Of a DNA stretch of 64,000 nt, positions 63,195 through 64,000 are shown piece by piece. Position 1 is the stretch's first letter. Each line of letters begins with the position of its first letter. A program made the position numbers and the translations under genes. The DNA is from Vicugna vicugna (taxonomy: Eukaryota), in contig MU058433.1 in NCBI GenBank assembly GCA_013265495.1, forward strand, positions 62,001 through 126,000, written 5' to 3'. The notes below the pieces were generated by a model. It was not told the DNA's origin and searched no databases. It worked only from the letters and a program-made list of their open reading frames with translations.

Positions 63195-63649
63195 GAAATG
63201 TGAAACTTATGAAAACCCAGGGGATGAATGTAACTTCCATGCACTTTTTTTTCAAGAGGAGCCAAATTTTACAAATCATTGCACATGTTTATTATAAGCC
63301 TTCACATTCCTGGTGAAAACATGGTTCACATTCATTAAAATGGAACTGTAGCAAGGCTAGATGAGGTGGAAAAGGCTTTTATATCAGCAGCTTGAGAGAA
63401 ACCAAGAAGAGGAGGATCAGAAGGAAGGGTGGGAGGTGGACAGTGGCTTTAGGGAGTCAGATCCCTTGGAAAGAGGATGAGGCTGTGAGAGACCACTCTG
63501 TCCCTGGAGTCCTGACGCAAGTTCTTCCCTCAAGGGTTCCATAAAGGAGGATAAACAGCCCTACTCCTGACCCCTCACAAGCTGAGCTTTGTGACAGACC
63601 TCCTGTCTGTCTGCTCCTGTAGTCTCAGCCTAAGGCTGGTGAGTGAATC
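63195..63649 (+). promoter_or_regulatory. Putative promoter and first non-coding exon of the next TRIM gene (TRIM34 by synteny)
   Basis: IRF-element-like GAAATGTGAAACT at 63195-63207, CATAAAG at 63540-63546, donor CTG|GTGAGT at 63638/63639, and local similarity to the putative TRIM6 exon 1. No coding exon falls in the window. Confidence 0.4.
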
Positions 63650-64000
63650 AGACATTTGTGGGTGGGGGTGGTTCCAGAATCAAGGTAAAGACAAGAGCAG
63701 GTGTTATGTCTCAGACAGGCCAGAGGTGTCAGGACTCTTGAAGACTCGATATATGTGGGCAAAGAATGGGAAAGACCAGAGGCACAAATCTGATTGGTTA
63801 TAGCAGCTGTGGAGGGTGAGGTCTGGGAAGGGTGGCTGAGAGCACATGGGCTAGATGGAGGTTACTGAAGGGGATAAATAATGGAATAAACCCAATAAAT
63901 GGCTGGTGATCTAATAATCAGAGGAGAGATGAGAAAACAGAAAACATATTTACTTAGACTACAGGCTCCTCTTGGCAAAACATGAAAGGAGCCCTGAGAA

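Noticed and set aside
57669..64000. TRIM-cyclophilin retro-fusion or an extra TRIM coding exon
   Set aside because: No cyclophilin-like or TRIM-like ORF is visible in the TRIM6 introns or downstream within this window.

Overview
Mammalian (eutherian) genomic DNA, very probably from a camelid, judged by four tRNA-derived SINEs of the Vic-1 type. It matches the class I olfactory-receptor / TRIM6-TRIM34-TRIM5 cluster (human 11p15.4 by recalled synteny). Left to right: a fossil hAT-Charlie transposon end; three minus-strand OR52H-subfamily receptor genes (the first, OR52H1-like, broken by a +1 frameshift; the other two intact); an intact plus-strand OR52B6; a CpG-island promoter and a complete 7-coding-exon TRIM6 (487 aa, RING/B-box2/coiled-coil/PRY-SPRY, all introns GT-AG); and, at the right edge, a probable first non-coding exon and promoter of the next TRIM gene (TRIM34 by synteny). 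The rest is mostly interspersed repeats (L1, MIR, MER DNA transposons, LTRs, SINEs). I found no convincing new biological system. The most unusual structures are a 260-bp tandem duplication whose copies look like L1-empty and L1-filled alleles, an LTR 3' end inserted with L1 hallmarks, two twin-primed inverted L1s, a perfect palindrome upstream of TRIM6, and residual similarity between the TRIM6 and putative TRIM34 first exons. Gene and repeat family names come from recognition, not database searches.
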